64,000 nt of DNA, taken from assembly GCA_041554135.1 (NCBI GenBank), contig JBFFML010000005.1, positions 28,195-92,194 on the forward strand, written 5' to 3'. Of the stretch, positions 1 to 9,181 are shown piece by piece. The notes below the pieces were generated by a model, which was not told where the DNA came from, searched no databases, and saw only the letters and a list, made by a program, of their open reading frames with translations. Within the stretch, counting starts at the first letter, position 1. The number at the start of each line of letters is the position of its first letter. This DNA is from Thermoplasmata archaeon. GTDB lineage: Archaea; Thermoplasmatota; Thermoplasmata; UBA10834. The position numbers and the translations under genes were made by a program.

Positions 1-429
1 CGGTTCGACAAAGCGATCCGTCTCGCGAGGGCCGCTGGAGCGGAGCTCGTGGTGGTCCACGGTGAGTCGCCCGTCGAGCCCGTCGAGCACGGGACGAACC
101 GGGTGGCCGCGTCGAACCCAGAGGTCGACATACTGGCGCATCCCGGCATGATATCTGAGGACGACTCGGAGCTGGCGGGCGGCAACGGCGTCTATCTCGA
201 GATAACGTGCAGGAAGGGGCACTCGCTCGCCAACGGCCACGTCGTCAGGACTGCGGAGGCTACGGGCGCGAAGCTGCTCGTCAACACGGACTTGCACTCG
301 CCCGAGGATTTCAGCACAATGGCCTCCGCGACATCGGTTGCCCGAGGGGCCGGCATGGATTCAGAGGCGGTCCGTGAAGCGCTCGTCGGCAATCCCGAGA
401 CACTGCTCCGCAAGTTGAAGCGGCTCTGA
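1..429 (+). CDS. PHP-domain (histidinol-phosphatase-like) metal hydrolase, C-terminal part; 5' end outside window
   Basis: Frame 1 is open from the window edge. Motifs HGESPVEP, ILAHPG and LVNTDLHSPEDF resemble PHP-family hydrolases. Confidence 0.45.
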   Translation, partial: RFDKAIRLARAAGAELVVVHGESPVEPVEHGTNRVAASNPEVDILAHPGMISEDDSELAGGNGVYLEITCRKGHSLANGHVVRTAEATGAKLLVNTDLHSPEDFSTMASATSVARGAGMDSEAVREALVGNPETLLRKLKRL

Positions 430-498
430 GGGAATTATTATCAGAAGGCCAAGAACTTAATAACTCTGAAATATCACCTGAGACGTTGGCCAGATGAC

Positions 499-891
499 AT
501 GATAGTCAGCCTGTCCCTTCCAGAGGAGCTGCTTGTGCGATTCGACGAGGTCCTGAAGTCGAAGGGCTTCAACTCCCGGTCGGACGGCATGAGAGAGGCC
601 ATCCGGTCGTTCGTCGACGAAGCCGAGTGGGAACGGTCCGACGGAGCCAACCAGCTGGTCATAACGGCTATCTACGACGAGCATGGCCCAAGAGGCGAGC
701 TCTCCGTGCTTCAGCACAGGTACGAAGAGATCCAGATGATGCTCCATCTCCATCTCGAACGCGGGCAATGCATGGAACTGATCATCGCGAGAGGGCCAAA
801 CCCTGTGCTCAGAGAGATACTGCGAAAGGTGCGGAAGATCAGAGGCGTACGCTCTATCCGCTTCATATCGACCTCTCGTCCAGTCGGGTGA
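499..891 (+). CDS. nikR: Nickel-responsive regulator NikR (ribbon-helix-helix + metal-binding domain)
   Basis: N-terminal RHH (MIVSLSLPEELLVRFDEV..GFNSRSDGMREAIRSF). C-terminal domain has an HLHLE..C motif. ATG start at 499. Confidence 0.8.
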   Translation: MIVSLSLPEELLVRFDEVLKSKGFNSRSDGMREAIRSFVDEAEWERSDGANQLVITAIYDEHGPRGELSVLQHRYEEIQMMLHLHLERGQCMELIIARGPNPVLREILRKVRKIRGVRSIRFISTSRPVG

Positions 892-915
892 CCGACCGAT
901 CGAGGTAGAGACGGT

Positions 916-2184
916 TCACTTCATCGGGAACCAGCCGCACGTGGCCGAGTTGTACTCGTAGAGGAACTCTCCCCAGACGGTCTCTGTCGCGAACGGGACG
1001 TTGTTCATGTAGTCCAGCCAGTAGTATCTCCATTCCCAGTTGTGATATGCCCAGTACATCGATACGCCGCCGCAGTCGGCCTTCTCCTCTGGGTTGTACA
1101 TGGCTATCACAGCGTTGGATACGCACTCCATCATGGCCTCGGTCGCCTCGATGAATTCCTGGTCACCCGCAATCGACGGGCTCGATATCAGATACCTTCC
1201 GAGGTCAACCATGTCGACCTGGTAGTGCGCTATGCAAGACACCCATTCGCAATCCCTCAGGGCCATCCGGTAATCGTAGGTGTACGAGTCTAGCCTATCC
1301 AGCATTACCTCCGTCCAGTCGCCGATCACACCCACGTTGTCGTGGATCGCGCCGGCATCGACGGCGCTGAGTGTCGCGTACCATCCCCAAGTGATCGCGG
1401 AGTAGTACGCCTCCCAACCGTCTATCATGTCTGATGCGACTTGGACTGGCGTTCTTCCCGCCTCCTCCACTAGCGGGGCGAACATGAGGTCATAGGGAAA
1501 GCCATTGCCGGCTACGAGCTCCTCTGACCCGACGACTATGTCGACGAGCCCAGTCGTGGCGGCTGAGTATATGGTCTCAACGCTGGCCATGGCGCAGGCG
1601 TCGAACCCGATTATGTCGATGTGGACCTGGGCCCCGACGATGGCTTCGTACAGCTCATCAAGGTACATCCAGTCGTCCGAAGTGTAGTCTCCACAGAAGC
1701 CGTTCCATGCGCTGCCGTGGTCCCAAGCGATCATCGCGAAGTAGTTCGATGGGAATCGGACAGCCACGTCTGAGAGAGCCCATTCGAGCGTCTCGGCGTC
1801 TGCAAAGTTCTTCTCCTCTAGGGTCTCGGCAACCTGCCATTCGTCACCCTCGATCTCGATAATCTGCGTCCCCTCCGTGCTCATGAGATCCACGTAGGCC
1901 ACGAAGTTCACTGCATCGGTGCTTGGCAGGTTGAGGAGCATCGCCAGGCTCGCTCCCTCCCAGTAACTCTCTAGGTCGTTGTCCGCAGCCACGTACATCA
2001 TCACGGTCCAAGTCTCCGGCGCGTCGTCGGAGGGACTCTGTTTCCCCTGGACCATGCTTGTCATCATAAGCGAGCAAATCGTCATCACGGACAAGAGACT
2101 GATAATCCTCTTCGTGTTCAATACACTCCCCCCTGAATCAGTATCAGCATTCGATACTGACCGCCCCTCGATGACCGAGGTCAT
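916..2184 (-). CDS. Secreted clostripain-like cysteine peptidase (family C11), paralogue 1
   Basis: YVAADNDLE, AWDHGSAW (His) and GFDACAMAS (Cys) motifs. Hydrophobic signal/anchor ISLLSVMTICSLMM. The start is placed at the internal ATG 2184 because the longer ORF (to 2412) overlaps the peroxiredoxin gene. Confidence 0.7.
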   Translation of the reverse strand: MTSVIEGRSVSNADTDSGGSVLNTKRIISLLSVMTICSLMMTSMVQGKQSPSDDAPETWTVMMYVAADNDLESYWEGASLAMLLNLPSTDAVNFVAYVDLMSTEGTQIIEIEGDEWQVAETLEEKNFADAETLEWALSDVAVRFPSNYFAMIAWDHGSAWNGFCGDYTSDDWMYLDELYEAIVGAQVHIDIIGFDACAMASVETIYSAATTGLVDIVVGSEELVAGNGFPYDLMFAPLVEEAGRTPVQVASDMIDGWEAYYSAITWGWYATLSAVDAGAIHDNVGVIGDWTEVMLDRLDSYTYDYRMALRDCEWVSCIAHYQVDMVDLGRYLISSPSIAGDQEFIEATEAMMECVSNAVIAMYNPEEKADCGGVSMYWAYHNWEWRYYWLDYMNNVPFATETVWGEFLYEYNSATCGWFPMK

Positions 2185-2366
2185 AGAAAAAGCTTCCTCA
2201 ATGGACGTTGCCTGGGGAGGGGCGTCGCCGCATGGCGTCACCCCTTGCGGTTGCGGGAAAAGGCATATGTTATCGGCATCTGATTTGGCGCCATTCGGAG
2301 GGATACTGTGACATGTGAACACGAAACTGGAAGAGGGATACCTCTGCTGGGGAGAAATTCCCTGAG

Positions 2367-2966
2367 ATGGAAGTGCAGACAACCCATGGCAGGATGAAGC
2401 TGCCAGAGGCATACGCCGGGAAGTGGCTCGTGCTGTTCAGCCACCCAGGGGACTTCACTCCTGTGTGCACCACGGAGTTCGTCGCCTTCGCGAAGATGCA
2501 CGAGGAATTCAGGAAACTGAACTGCGAACTGATAGGCCTGTCCATAGACCAGGTGTTCTCACACATCAAGTGGGTTGAGTGGATCAAGGATAAGCTGGAC
2601 GTGCAGGTCACGTTCCCTGTTATAGCGGACGGTTCTGGCGCAGTGGCGAACAGGCTTGGCATGGTCCACCCAGGCAAGGGCACGAACACCGTAAGGGCCG
2701 TGTTCTTCGTCGACCCGAACGGCCTGATCAGGCTCATGATGTACTACCCGCAAGAGGTGGGCAGGAACATGGACGAGGTGCTCAGAGCTGTGAAGGCGCT
2801 CAAGACATCCGATGAGAACAAGGTTGCGACGCCAGCCAACTGGCCGGAGAACGACTTCCTGGGAGACAAGGTCATCATCCCACCGGCGACGGATGAGAAG
2901 ACCGCCAAGGAGCGCGTGAAACAGTTCGAGTGCTACGATTGGTGGTTTTGCACCAAGAAACTCTGA
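2367..2966 (+). CDS. Peroxiredoxin (archaeal Prx6/1-Cys-like type)
   Basis: [16 protein letters not shown] peroxidatic-Cys motif and a full-length match to archaeal Prx architecture. Conserved GEKFPE residues lie upstream of the first canonical start (see findings). Confidence 0.9.
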   Translation: MEVQTTHGRMKLPEAYAGKWLVLFSHPGDFTPVCTTEFVAFAKMHEEFRKLNCELIGLSIDQVFSHIKWVEWIKDKLDVQVTFPVIADGSGAVANRLGMVHPGKGTNTVRAVFFVDPNGLIRLMMYYPQEVGRNMDEVLRAVKALKTSDENKVATPANWPENDFLGDKVIIPPATDEKTAKERVKQFECYDWWFCTKKL

Positions 2967-2995
2967 GGGCGAAGCCCTCGCCTTCCTTTTCCTTC
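2965..2995 (+). terminator. Hairpin (GAGGGC-GAA-GCCCTC) followed by a T-rich tract after the peroxiredoxin stop
   Basis: 6-bp GC stem at 2965-2979, then TTCCTTTTCCTTC. Confidence 0.35.
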
Positions 2996-3270
2996 AAACC
3001 GGCCATGAGCGGGCCGTGCTTATGGGCGGTCACCATCTTGGCGCGCGTGTAACCTATCTGACGACGAGGTAGTGATAGATAATTTGTGAATCTCTACTGG
3101 CGTGGTCGGCGGAAGTTATTGACCCGCAGAAGCGATGGGCGAGGGTTAGACCCGTGCCTCTCCCTGTTCTCTAACAGATGGGCGCCGTGACGCTTGCGAC
3201 AATCATCATCGTGCTAATCACCCCGAGAGCCAGGAATCGTCGAGCGGATACGGCATGAGCCTGAGAAGAG

Positions 3271-3377
3271 GTGGTGCTCCCGCCGGGATTTGAACCCGGG
3301 TATCGAGCTTGCTCCGGAGCCGACTTCCAGGATATCCGCGAGAGGCTCGAATGATTGGCCGGACTACACTACGGGAG
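3271..3377 (-). tRNA. tRNA-Glu(CUC) with a ~29-nt intron at 37/38; CCA encoded
   Basis: Manual cloverleaf: acceptor GCTCCCG/CGGGAGC, D-arm GTGT..TCAT, anticodon stem CGAGC/GCTCG, loop CT-CTC-G, T-arm CCGGG-TTCAAAT-CCCGG, then ACCA. Confidence 0.85.
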
Positions 3378-3487
3378 CCTGGTCAAAGCATCGAAATCCA
3401 GGAGCATTACATAAACTTTGGGGGTCCACCGTCCAAGGCAAAAGTAGATTTGAGCGTCAGGCAGTTACTTCGGCTGATGGTAATTGC

Positions 3488-4363
3488 ATGAGAAGGCTTG
3501 GCAAGGACAAGGCGATATTCGAGTTCGCCTCGGACGGCGAGGCCGCTTACTCCGTGGACCAGGGAGAGCGAGTCCTCATAGAGACACGGGACGCTTTCTG
3601 CGGCCAGCTGCTATCTCCTGACCAGCTCTTCGACGATGTGGACATGTCGTCCGTCAACCCTGCCACTGGCCCCATCCGTGTGCTCGGCGTGTCGAAAGGA
3701 GACACATTATGCGTGAGCATAGAGGAGATCAGATGTGGATCCGTCGGGGTGATTGTGTGTTCCCCCAAGTTCGGGAACCTGGCTGAGCTGGTCAAGAAGT
3801 CCCGCACGAAGGTCGTAGACATATATGACGGCGTCGCGAGTTGGTCCGATAGTGTGGAGATAGCCATCGACCCGCACGTGGGCGTGATAGGCGTCTCCCC
3901 ACTGTCTGGGCGCGTGCCCACGTATCATCCCGGTGATTTCGGGGGCAATATGGACACCAAAGAGGCACGCAAGGGTGCTAGGGTCTATCTCCCGGTTTTC
4001 GTGGACGGCGCGATGGTCTCGCTAGGGGACGTCCATGCCGTGATGGGCGATGGCGAGGTGAGCGGCGCAGGAATCGAGGTCTCAGCTGAGATCGAAGCGA
4101 CGTTCCGCAAAGCAGGGCGCATGAGTGTGAGGCGCCCATTGATCGAGACACCTACACACTGGGTATGCTATGCGGCGGCGGAGACTCTGGACGACGCTGC
4201 GAGGCTTGCGACATTGGACGCCACTTCCTTGATAATGCGCGAATCGGGGGTCGACTTCGAGGAAGCGTATATGCTGGCCAGCGCGGCCTGCGATCTGGCG
4301 ATATCTCAGGTGGTCGACCCGCTCGTCGCCGCCAAGATGCTCGTGCCTAAAGCGTGCCTCTAA
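3488..4363 (+). CDS. Acetamidase/formamidase-family amidohydrolase
   Basis: GDFGGNMDTKE and GDVHAVMGDGEVSG motifs typical of the FmdA/AmdA family. The start is moved to ATG 3488 because the longer ORF overlaps tRNA-Glu. Confidence 0.7.
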   Translation: MRRLGKDKAIFEFASDGEAAYSVDQGERVLIETRDAFCGQLLSPDQLFDDVDMSSVNPATGPIRVLGVSKGDTLCVSIEEIRCGSVGVIVCSPKFGNLAELVKKSRTKVVDIYDGVASWSDSVEIAIDPHVGVIGVSPLSGRVPTYHPGDFGGNMDTKEARKGARVYLPVFVDGAMVSLGDVHAVMGDGEVSGAGIEVSAEIEATFRKAGRMSVRRPLIETPTHWVCYAAAETLDDAARLATLDATSLIMRESGVDFEEAYMLASAACDLAISQVVDPLVAAKMLVPKACL

Positions 4364-4398
4364 CCCCTCGTTTTGGCGGCGGTCGTTGAGCGCAGCGC

Positions 4399-5613
4399 TC
4401 AGTTGTAATCTTCGAGGAACAGCCACCAGCCCATGTCCTCAGCGAAGGCGACTTCCGCATACGCCTCTCCGTAGGTCAGCCAATCGCCTGCGAGGCCCCA
4501 GTAGAGTGTCAGACCAGTGGCGGTGGGTATCTCATCCGCGTTCCAGTATGCGATAACGGACGACTCGATGACGCCGGCGACAGCTGATGTCGCAGCTCTA
4601 AGCGCTTCGTCGGTTATACCTTCGTCGGCGAGCAGCTGAACGCAGAGGTCGCCCATGTCCACATGTTCGCAGGTCGCCCATGCGCTGTACGCAGCTTTGA
4701 GCGCGCTCTTGTAGTTCCATTTGTAAGCGTCCAGGTTGTCATGCATGGCGCCGCACCACTCTTCGAACGCAGAGCTCTGCATTCCCACGCTGAGTGCGTC
4801 CGTGGCGGACAGGGCGGTAGTCTTGGCCCACGTCTCCGGGCCGTAGAACTCTCCCCAGCCGTCGACCATGTCCGTCGCGACCTGCTCGGGGGTGCGTGCG
4901 GGATCCTCCGCCACCGGTGTGAGCATCAGGTCATATGGGAAGCCGCTCAAAGGGATGGACTCCTCCGAAGCGACCACGATTCCGACAAGCTCGGTGAGCG
5001 CCACCTGGTAGACGACCTCTATCGCAGCCATGTTGCACGCGTCGAACGCAAGGATGTCGATGAACACTCCCGCGCCCTCTATCGCGGCCTGCAACTCGGG
5101 CATTGTGATCCGGTCGCCCGAAGTCGTGTCGTCGCTGAAGTATCGCCAGGCATAGCCGTGATCCCACCCTATCACGGCGAGATGGTCGGAGGGATATAGC
5201 GTGCTAGTCTCCGTTATGAACCACTGGAACGTGGCTCCGTCGCCGAAGTTCATCTCCTCATAGGAAGCTACTTCCGTGGTCACCCCGCCGGAGATCTCGT
5301 ATAGGTAAGTGCCGTTCTCGGCAAGCCAATCCATTACGGCGACTATCTGGACACCGGAGCTCGTTGGAATCTCCTCCAACAACGGCCTACTGTTCTCTCC
5401 CCAGTACTTCTCCAGATTGTTGTCGCCGCTGACAAACAAGGCTATGGTCCACGAGCCACCGAGCGACGTATCCGGCTTTCTGTTCGGATCCAAAGGCGGC
5501 TCCTGCCACATCGCCTGTTCTCCCACAGCGATGCACGGCATGACCATGATCGTCGCCAAGAAACCGCAGACACACAAACCTGAGATTGGAACTCTCACGT
5601 ATTCTCCCCCCAA
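4399..5613 (-). CDS. Secreted clostripain-like cysteine peptidase (family C11), paralogue 2
   Basis: VSGDNNLE, GWDHGYAW and AFDACNMAA motifs with an N-terminal hydrophobic signal. TTG at 5613, or GTG at 5598 preceded by GGGGGGAG. Confidence 0.7.
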   Translation of the reverse strand: MGGEYVRVPISGLCVCGFLATIMVMPCIAVGEQAMWQEPPLDPNRKPDTSLGGSWTIALFVSGDNNLEKYWGENSRPLLEEIPTSSGVQIVAVMDWLAENGTYLYEISGGVTTEVASYEEMNFGDGATFQWFITETSTLYPSDHLAVIGWDHGYAWRYFSDDTTSGDRITMPELQAAIEGAGVFIDILAFDACNMAAIEVVYQVALTELVGIVVASEESIPLSGFPYDLMLTPVAEDPARTPEQVATDMVDGWGEFYGPETWAKTTALSATDALSVGMQSSAFEEWCGAMHDNLDAYKWNYKSALKAAYSAWATCEHVDMGDLCVQLLADEGITDEALRAATSAVAGVIESSVIAYWNADEIPTATGLTLYWGLAGDWLTYGEAYAEVAFAEDMGWWLFLEDYN

Positions 5614-5788
5614 GAACCTCTAAGGGCGGTCCCGTTACTAGAGGTCCGACTGAGGTGCCGTTAACGCATACTGACTATTAATATCTCTCTGAGGCTAAAT
5701 ATACATTTCAGCCGTGGCCTTATGTCCATCGCCACCATGGGGCGATCCACGATTTCGCGCCCGCAGTTGGCGGGAACACGCACAGACC

Positions 5789-6607
5789 TCAGAGGTCCTC
5801 GTCGCCCTCTCTCCAGTCGAGTCCAGGCGTTCTCAGGCCGATCTTGACCGCGGGTGGGGACTTGCGTTTGTGCGAGGAACGCCTCACAAGCTCGGATATC
5901 CTCCGCACTTCCTTCAGCGGGACTTTCGTCTGTTTGGCAATCGTGCGTTCGTCCAAGGCGAGTTCGATGCGCCGAAGTATCGCGTCAAGAATGTCATAGG
6001 ATAGGCCGATCTCTTTCTCGTCCGTCTGTCCCTTCCAGAGTCCGGCGGACGGTCGCCTGTCCATGATCTCCCGCGGGATCCCGAGCCGTTCGGCCAATCG
6101 ACGGACATCTGTCTTGTAAAGGTCTCCGATAGGCTCCAGGTCCGCCCCTCCGTCTCCATACTTCGTGAAATAGCCAATCAGCAGCTCACTCTTGTTGCTC
6201 GTGCCGAGGACAAGCCTCCCTTCCGCCCCGGCGTAATGGTACAGCAAGACCATCCTGGCCCTTGCCTTGATGTTCGCGAGGCCACCTCTGGTGATTTTCT
6301 TGTCGATCGCCTCTGTGAACGCATCGATTATGGGTGTGATGTCGATGACTTCGTATCGGACACGCTGAGCCTCGCAAATCTCCTCCGCTAGTCGCCTATC
6401 ATCCTCGGGGGAGTCGCGCTCCGGCAGGATCAAGGCGAGCATCTTGTCTCTGCCCACGGCCTCGGTCGCGAGCTTCAGCACGACGGCAGAATCGATGCCG
6501 CCGCTGACGCCTAGGACATAGCCCTTCGCCCCAGACTTCCTCAGCTTCTCAGCCAAGAAGTGTTGGATGATCTCCTCGGGATCCGGCTTCGTATGGCCAA
6601 CAGACAT
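5789..6607 (-). CDS. nadE: NAD+ synthetase (NadE, synthetase domain only)
   Basis: GVSGGIDSAVV PP-loop and a conserved C-terminal region. ATG at 6607 (the track start at 6610 is TTG). Confidence 0.85.
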   Translation of the reverse strand: MSVGHTKPDPEEIIQHFLAEKLRKSGAKGYVLGVSGGIDSAVVLKLATEAVGRDKMLALILPERDSPEDDRRLAEEICEAQRVRYEVIDITPIIDAFTEAIDKKITRGGLANIKARARMVLLYHYAGAEGRLVLGTSNKSELLIGYFTKYGDGGADLEPIGDLYKTDVRRLAERLGIPREIMDRRPSAGLWKGQTDEKEIGLSYDILDAILRRIELALDERTIAKQTKVPLKEVRRISELVRRSSHKRKSPPAVKIGLRTPGLDWREGDEDL

Positions 6608-6707
6608 CAACGCGTGGATGGTTTGGTCTGGATATATCCGTTATGGTCGGGCACCGCACGATCCCGAAGCCCAATCATAATCTACCGGGAACTCAGTTCG
6701 TCCATTG

Positions 6708-7544
6708 ATGACTAAGACCTTGGTCACTCTGGCTCAGATCAACTGTCAGCTGCACGACAAGGAGGCGAACCTCCGCAGGATGCGCAAGGTACTCACAGCC
6801 TCGAAAGGAAGCATCGTCATATTCCCGGAACTGAATCTCACGGGGTACATGCCGAGGGATGACCTGTTCAAGCTTGCGGAGACTGAGAAGGGACCCACCA
6901 TACGCAAGGTCGTCTCGATCGCGAAGGAGACGCGCAAGGACGTCCTGTTCGGCATTCCCATGAAGGACGAGAAGGTCCACGGCCATATCTACAACTCTTG
7001 CCTGCTCGCCACCGGAGATGGCGAACTGTTCAGATACGACAAGATGTATCTTCCCACGTTCGGCCCATTCGAGGAACGGGTCTTCTTCGCCAGTGGGCGC
7101 AAGCCGGTCGTCGCGGATGGCATGCATGCGAGGATCGGCATGACCGTATGCTACGACATGTTCTTTCCAGAGCTGGTGAAGCTCGAGGCCCTGCGCGGGG
7201 CACAGATCATCGTGAACCTCTCCGCAGCCCCGACGACATCGAGACAGAGCTTCGAGCATGTGCTGCCCGCTCGCGCCGTCGAGAACGGCGTGTTCGTGGC
7301 CTATGTGAACATGGTCGGCGTCCACGGTAGTCTGGTGTTCAGCGGCGGCAGTGTCATCTTCAACCCGAAGGGCGAAGTCGTGTGCAGGGCGAGGAACCTC
7401 AGAGAGGACATCGTCGAGGCGGAGATCGATCTCGGGGACATCGCCATATCCCGGAGGTTCCGTCCTCTCGGCCGGGACGTTCGCCCAGAGGTGCTCGACG
7501 AGCTCTGTTCCGAACTGAAGTCGAACGACAGGGGGCCGTCCTGA
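6708..7544 (+). CDS. Carbon-nitrogen hydrolase (nitrilase superfamily), divergent from nadE
   Basis: FPELNLTGY (Glu), KMYLP (Lys) and the CYDMFFPE (Cys) catalytic-triad context. Confidence 0.75.
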   Translation: MTKTLVTLAQINCQLHDKEANLRRMRKVLTASKGSIVIFPELNLTGYMPRDDLFKLAETEKGPTIRKVVSIAKETRKDVLFGIPMKDEKVHGHIYNSCLLATGDGELFRYDKMYLPTFGPFEERVFFASGRKPVVADGMHARIGMTVCYDMFFPELVKLEALRGAQIIVNLSAAPTTSRQSFEHVLPARAVENGVFVAYVNMVGVHGSLVFSGGSVIFNPKGEVVCRARNLREDIVEAEIDLGDIAISRRFRPLGRDVRPEVLDELCSELKSNDRGPS

Positions 7545-7624
7545 CTGGCCGCTCCTCCGCCGAGCATTCCCTGCGGGATTCGTCGGATATCCTTATATAT
7601 GGTCACTTTTGTGAAGGTATCCAA

Positions 7625-7730
7625 GCTGAGGTGGCCCAGCCCGGTAAGGCGCGAGCCTGGAGCCTTGAATTGTCAAGCCCGATAGCTCGTGGCGCTCTGC
7701 GCCTCGGGAGTTCGAATCTCCCCCTCAGCG
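7625..7730 (+). tRNA. tRNA-Ser(GGA), class II, with a ~21-nt intron at 37/38; no encoded CCA
   Basis: Acceptor GCTGAGG/CCTCAGC, anticodon stem CGAGC/GCTCG, loop CT-GGA-G, long variable arm GGCGC-TCT-GCGCC, T-arm GGGAG-TTCGAAT-CTCCC. Confidence 0.85.
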
Positions 7731-7877
7731 CTCGCCCCATCTTCATACGGTGAGCCGAAGCCGTGAAAACAATCATATAGAGACAGCACAAATCGACCCT
7801 GGGAGTTCGACGAGGCACCGAATGATGGCCAACTGTTGTTGGGTGTGCGTTGGCCCGAATGAGGAGGCGGCGCTCAG

Positions 7878-8546
7878 ATGGGGAAGCCAGATGAGAAGCA
7901 GGAGTGGTATGACTCGATCTCCCGACAGCGTATACTGGAGGCGCAGCTTTCCTGGATATCCAGCCTCGTGCTGTTCTTCTGCACAGTCTATGTGGTCGTC
8001 AAGGTCGACATTCTCTGGGCGATATTCGGCGTGACCGCCCTCTCGCTATACGTCCTCCCGATAATAACGACCAGAGATCTCTTCAAGGCGCTGCCGTGGG
8101 AGATGACGATACTCCTGTCTGCGCCAGTCATGCTGCATATCTCCTCGGGATCGCAGATGATGAGCGAGCAGTTCGCGTGGTGGGACGACCTCACCTCCCT
8201 GGCGTTCGCCTTCTCGCTGTCCACGATAGGTTTCCTGCTCACGATCGAGCTGAACCTGTACACAGGTGTGAGGATGAACCGGGCGTTCTCCGTGTTCTTC
8301 GTCTTCATGTTCACGCTCTCGTCCTCCGGATTCTGGATGATGGGCGAGTACATCAGCGACAAGTTGTTCGGAACTGCCCATCTGTTGTCGAACGAGGCGG
8401 TCATGCGGGACTTCGTGTGGATCCTGATAGGGGGGATCCTCATGGGATTCGTCTATGCCGCTTACATCAGGACGATGTCTGAGAAGCGCCTCGAGGTCTT
8501 CGGACTCATACATCTCTGGGAGGTGCAACCACGGACAGAGGCTTGA
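7878..8546 (+). CDS. Polytopic membrane protein (uncharacterised), tandem paralogue A
   Basis: Several hydrophobic helices. Shares LPxE..H..G / W(W/G)D.LT / W..(G/V)EY / D(F/L).. IGG blocks with the next gene. Confidence 0.4.
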   Translation: MGKPDEKQEWYDSISRQRILEAQLSWISSLVLFFCTVYVVVKVDILWAIFGVTALSLYVLPIITTRDLFKALPWEMTILLSAPVMLHISSGSQMMSEQFAWWDDLTSLAFAFSLSTIGFLLTIELNLYTGVRMNRAFSVFFVFMFTLSSSGFWMMGEYISDKLFGTAHLLSNEAVMRDFVWILIGGILMGFVYAAYIRTMSEKRLEVFGLIHLWEVQPRTEA

Positions 8547-9181
8547 CTCTCGCCTCGAGGGGCATGCAGATTGGCATCGTAGGACTGGCCATCTCGGGGA
8601 CGGTGACCGGCGATGTCACTTATGTGCCGGCAGCCATCGCCGCGCTCGTCATAAGCGAGCTGCCGGCCATCATCCGGAAGGACTTGAAGCTCGTGTTGCC
8701 AGTCGAGCTGAATTTCTGGATAGTTCTGGCACTCTTCCTCCACGTCCTAGGCAGCTTCTCGGGGTTCTATGACAACGTCCCGGGCTGGGACCACCTCACA
8801 CATGCGATGTCTGCTTCCCTGATCGCGGCCCTCGGTTTTGTCATAGTCGTGGCCATCGACAAGTACGCTTACAGCATCAATCTTCCAAGGGCCTTCCTCG
8901 CGCTGTTCATAATCATGTTCACCGTGGCGGTCGGGGTCATATGGGAGGTTGTGGAGTACGCCATCGATTCTCTCACCGCCAGCCGCCTCCAGTACTCTCT
9001 AGACGACACGATGAAGGACCTGATGTTCGACGCTATCGGAGGATTGCTTATTGCGTGGGCAGGTGCCTACTACCTTGACCATACTACGGTCGATCACTTC
9101 GTGGATGCGCTGCGGGTCCCCGAGGCGAGGGCGAAGTTCAGGGAGATCGCCAATAGGAGGAAGGACAACAACGGGTCATAG
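8543..9181 (+). CDS. Polytopic membrane protein (uncharacterised), tandem paralogue B
   Basis: ATGA overlap with the upstream gene. Motifs GWDHLTHA, WEVVEYAIDS and DLMFDAIGG. Paralogous to 7878-8546. Confidence 0.4.
   Translation: MTLASRGMQIGIVGLAISGTVTGDVTYVPAAIAALVISELPAIIRKDLKLVLPVELNFWIVLALFLHVLGSFSGFYDNVPGWDHLTHAMSASLIAALGFVIVVAIDKYAYSINLPRAFLALFIIMFTVAVGVIWEVVEYAIDSLTASRLQYSLDDTMKDLMFDAIGGLLIAWAGAYYLDHTTVDHFVDALRVPEARAKFREIANRRKDNNGS

Noticed and set aside
3181-3258. 26-codon ORF (MGAVTLATIIIVLITPRARNRRADTA) between the peroxiredoxin gene and tRNA-Glu
   Set aside because: It is a single hydrophobic stretch with no RBS or conservation evidence available, which is too weak to report as a gene.
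3290-3487. 5' part of the 357-aa ORF overlapping tRNA-Glu
   Set aside because: It overlaps the tRNA gene on the opposite strand. Family similarity begins at the internal ATG 3488.
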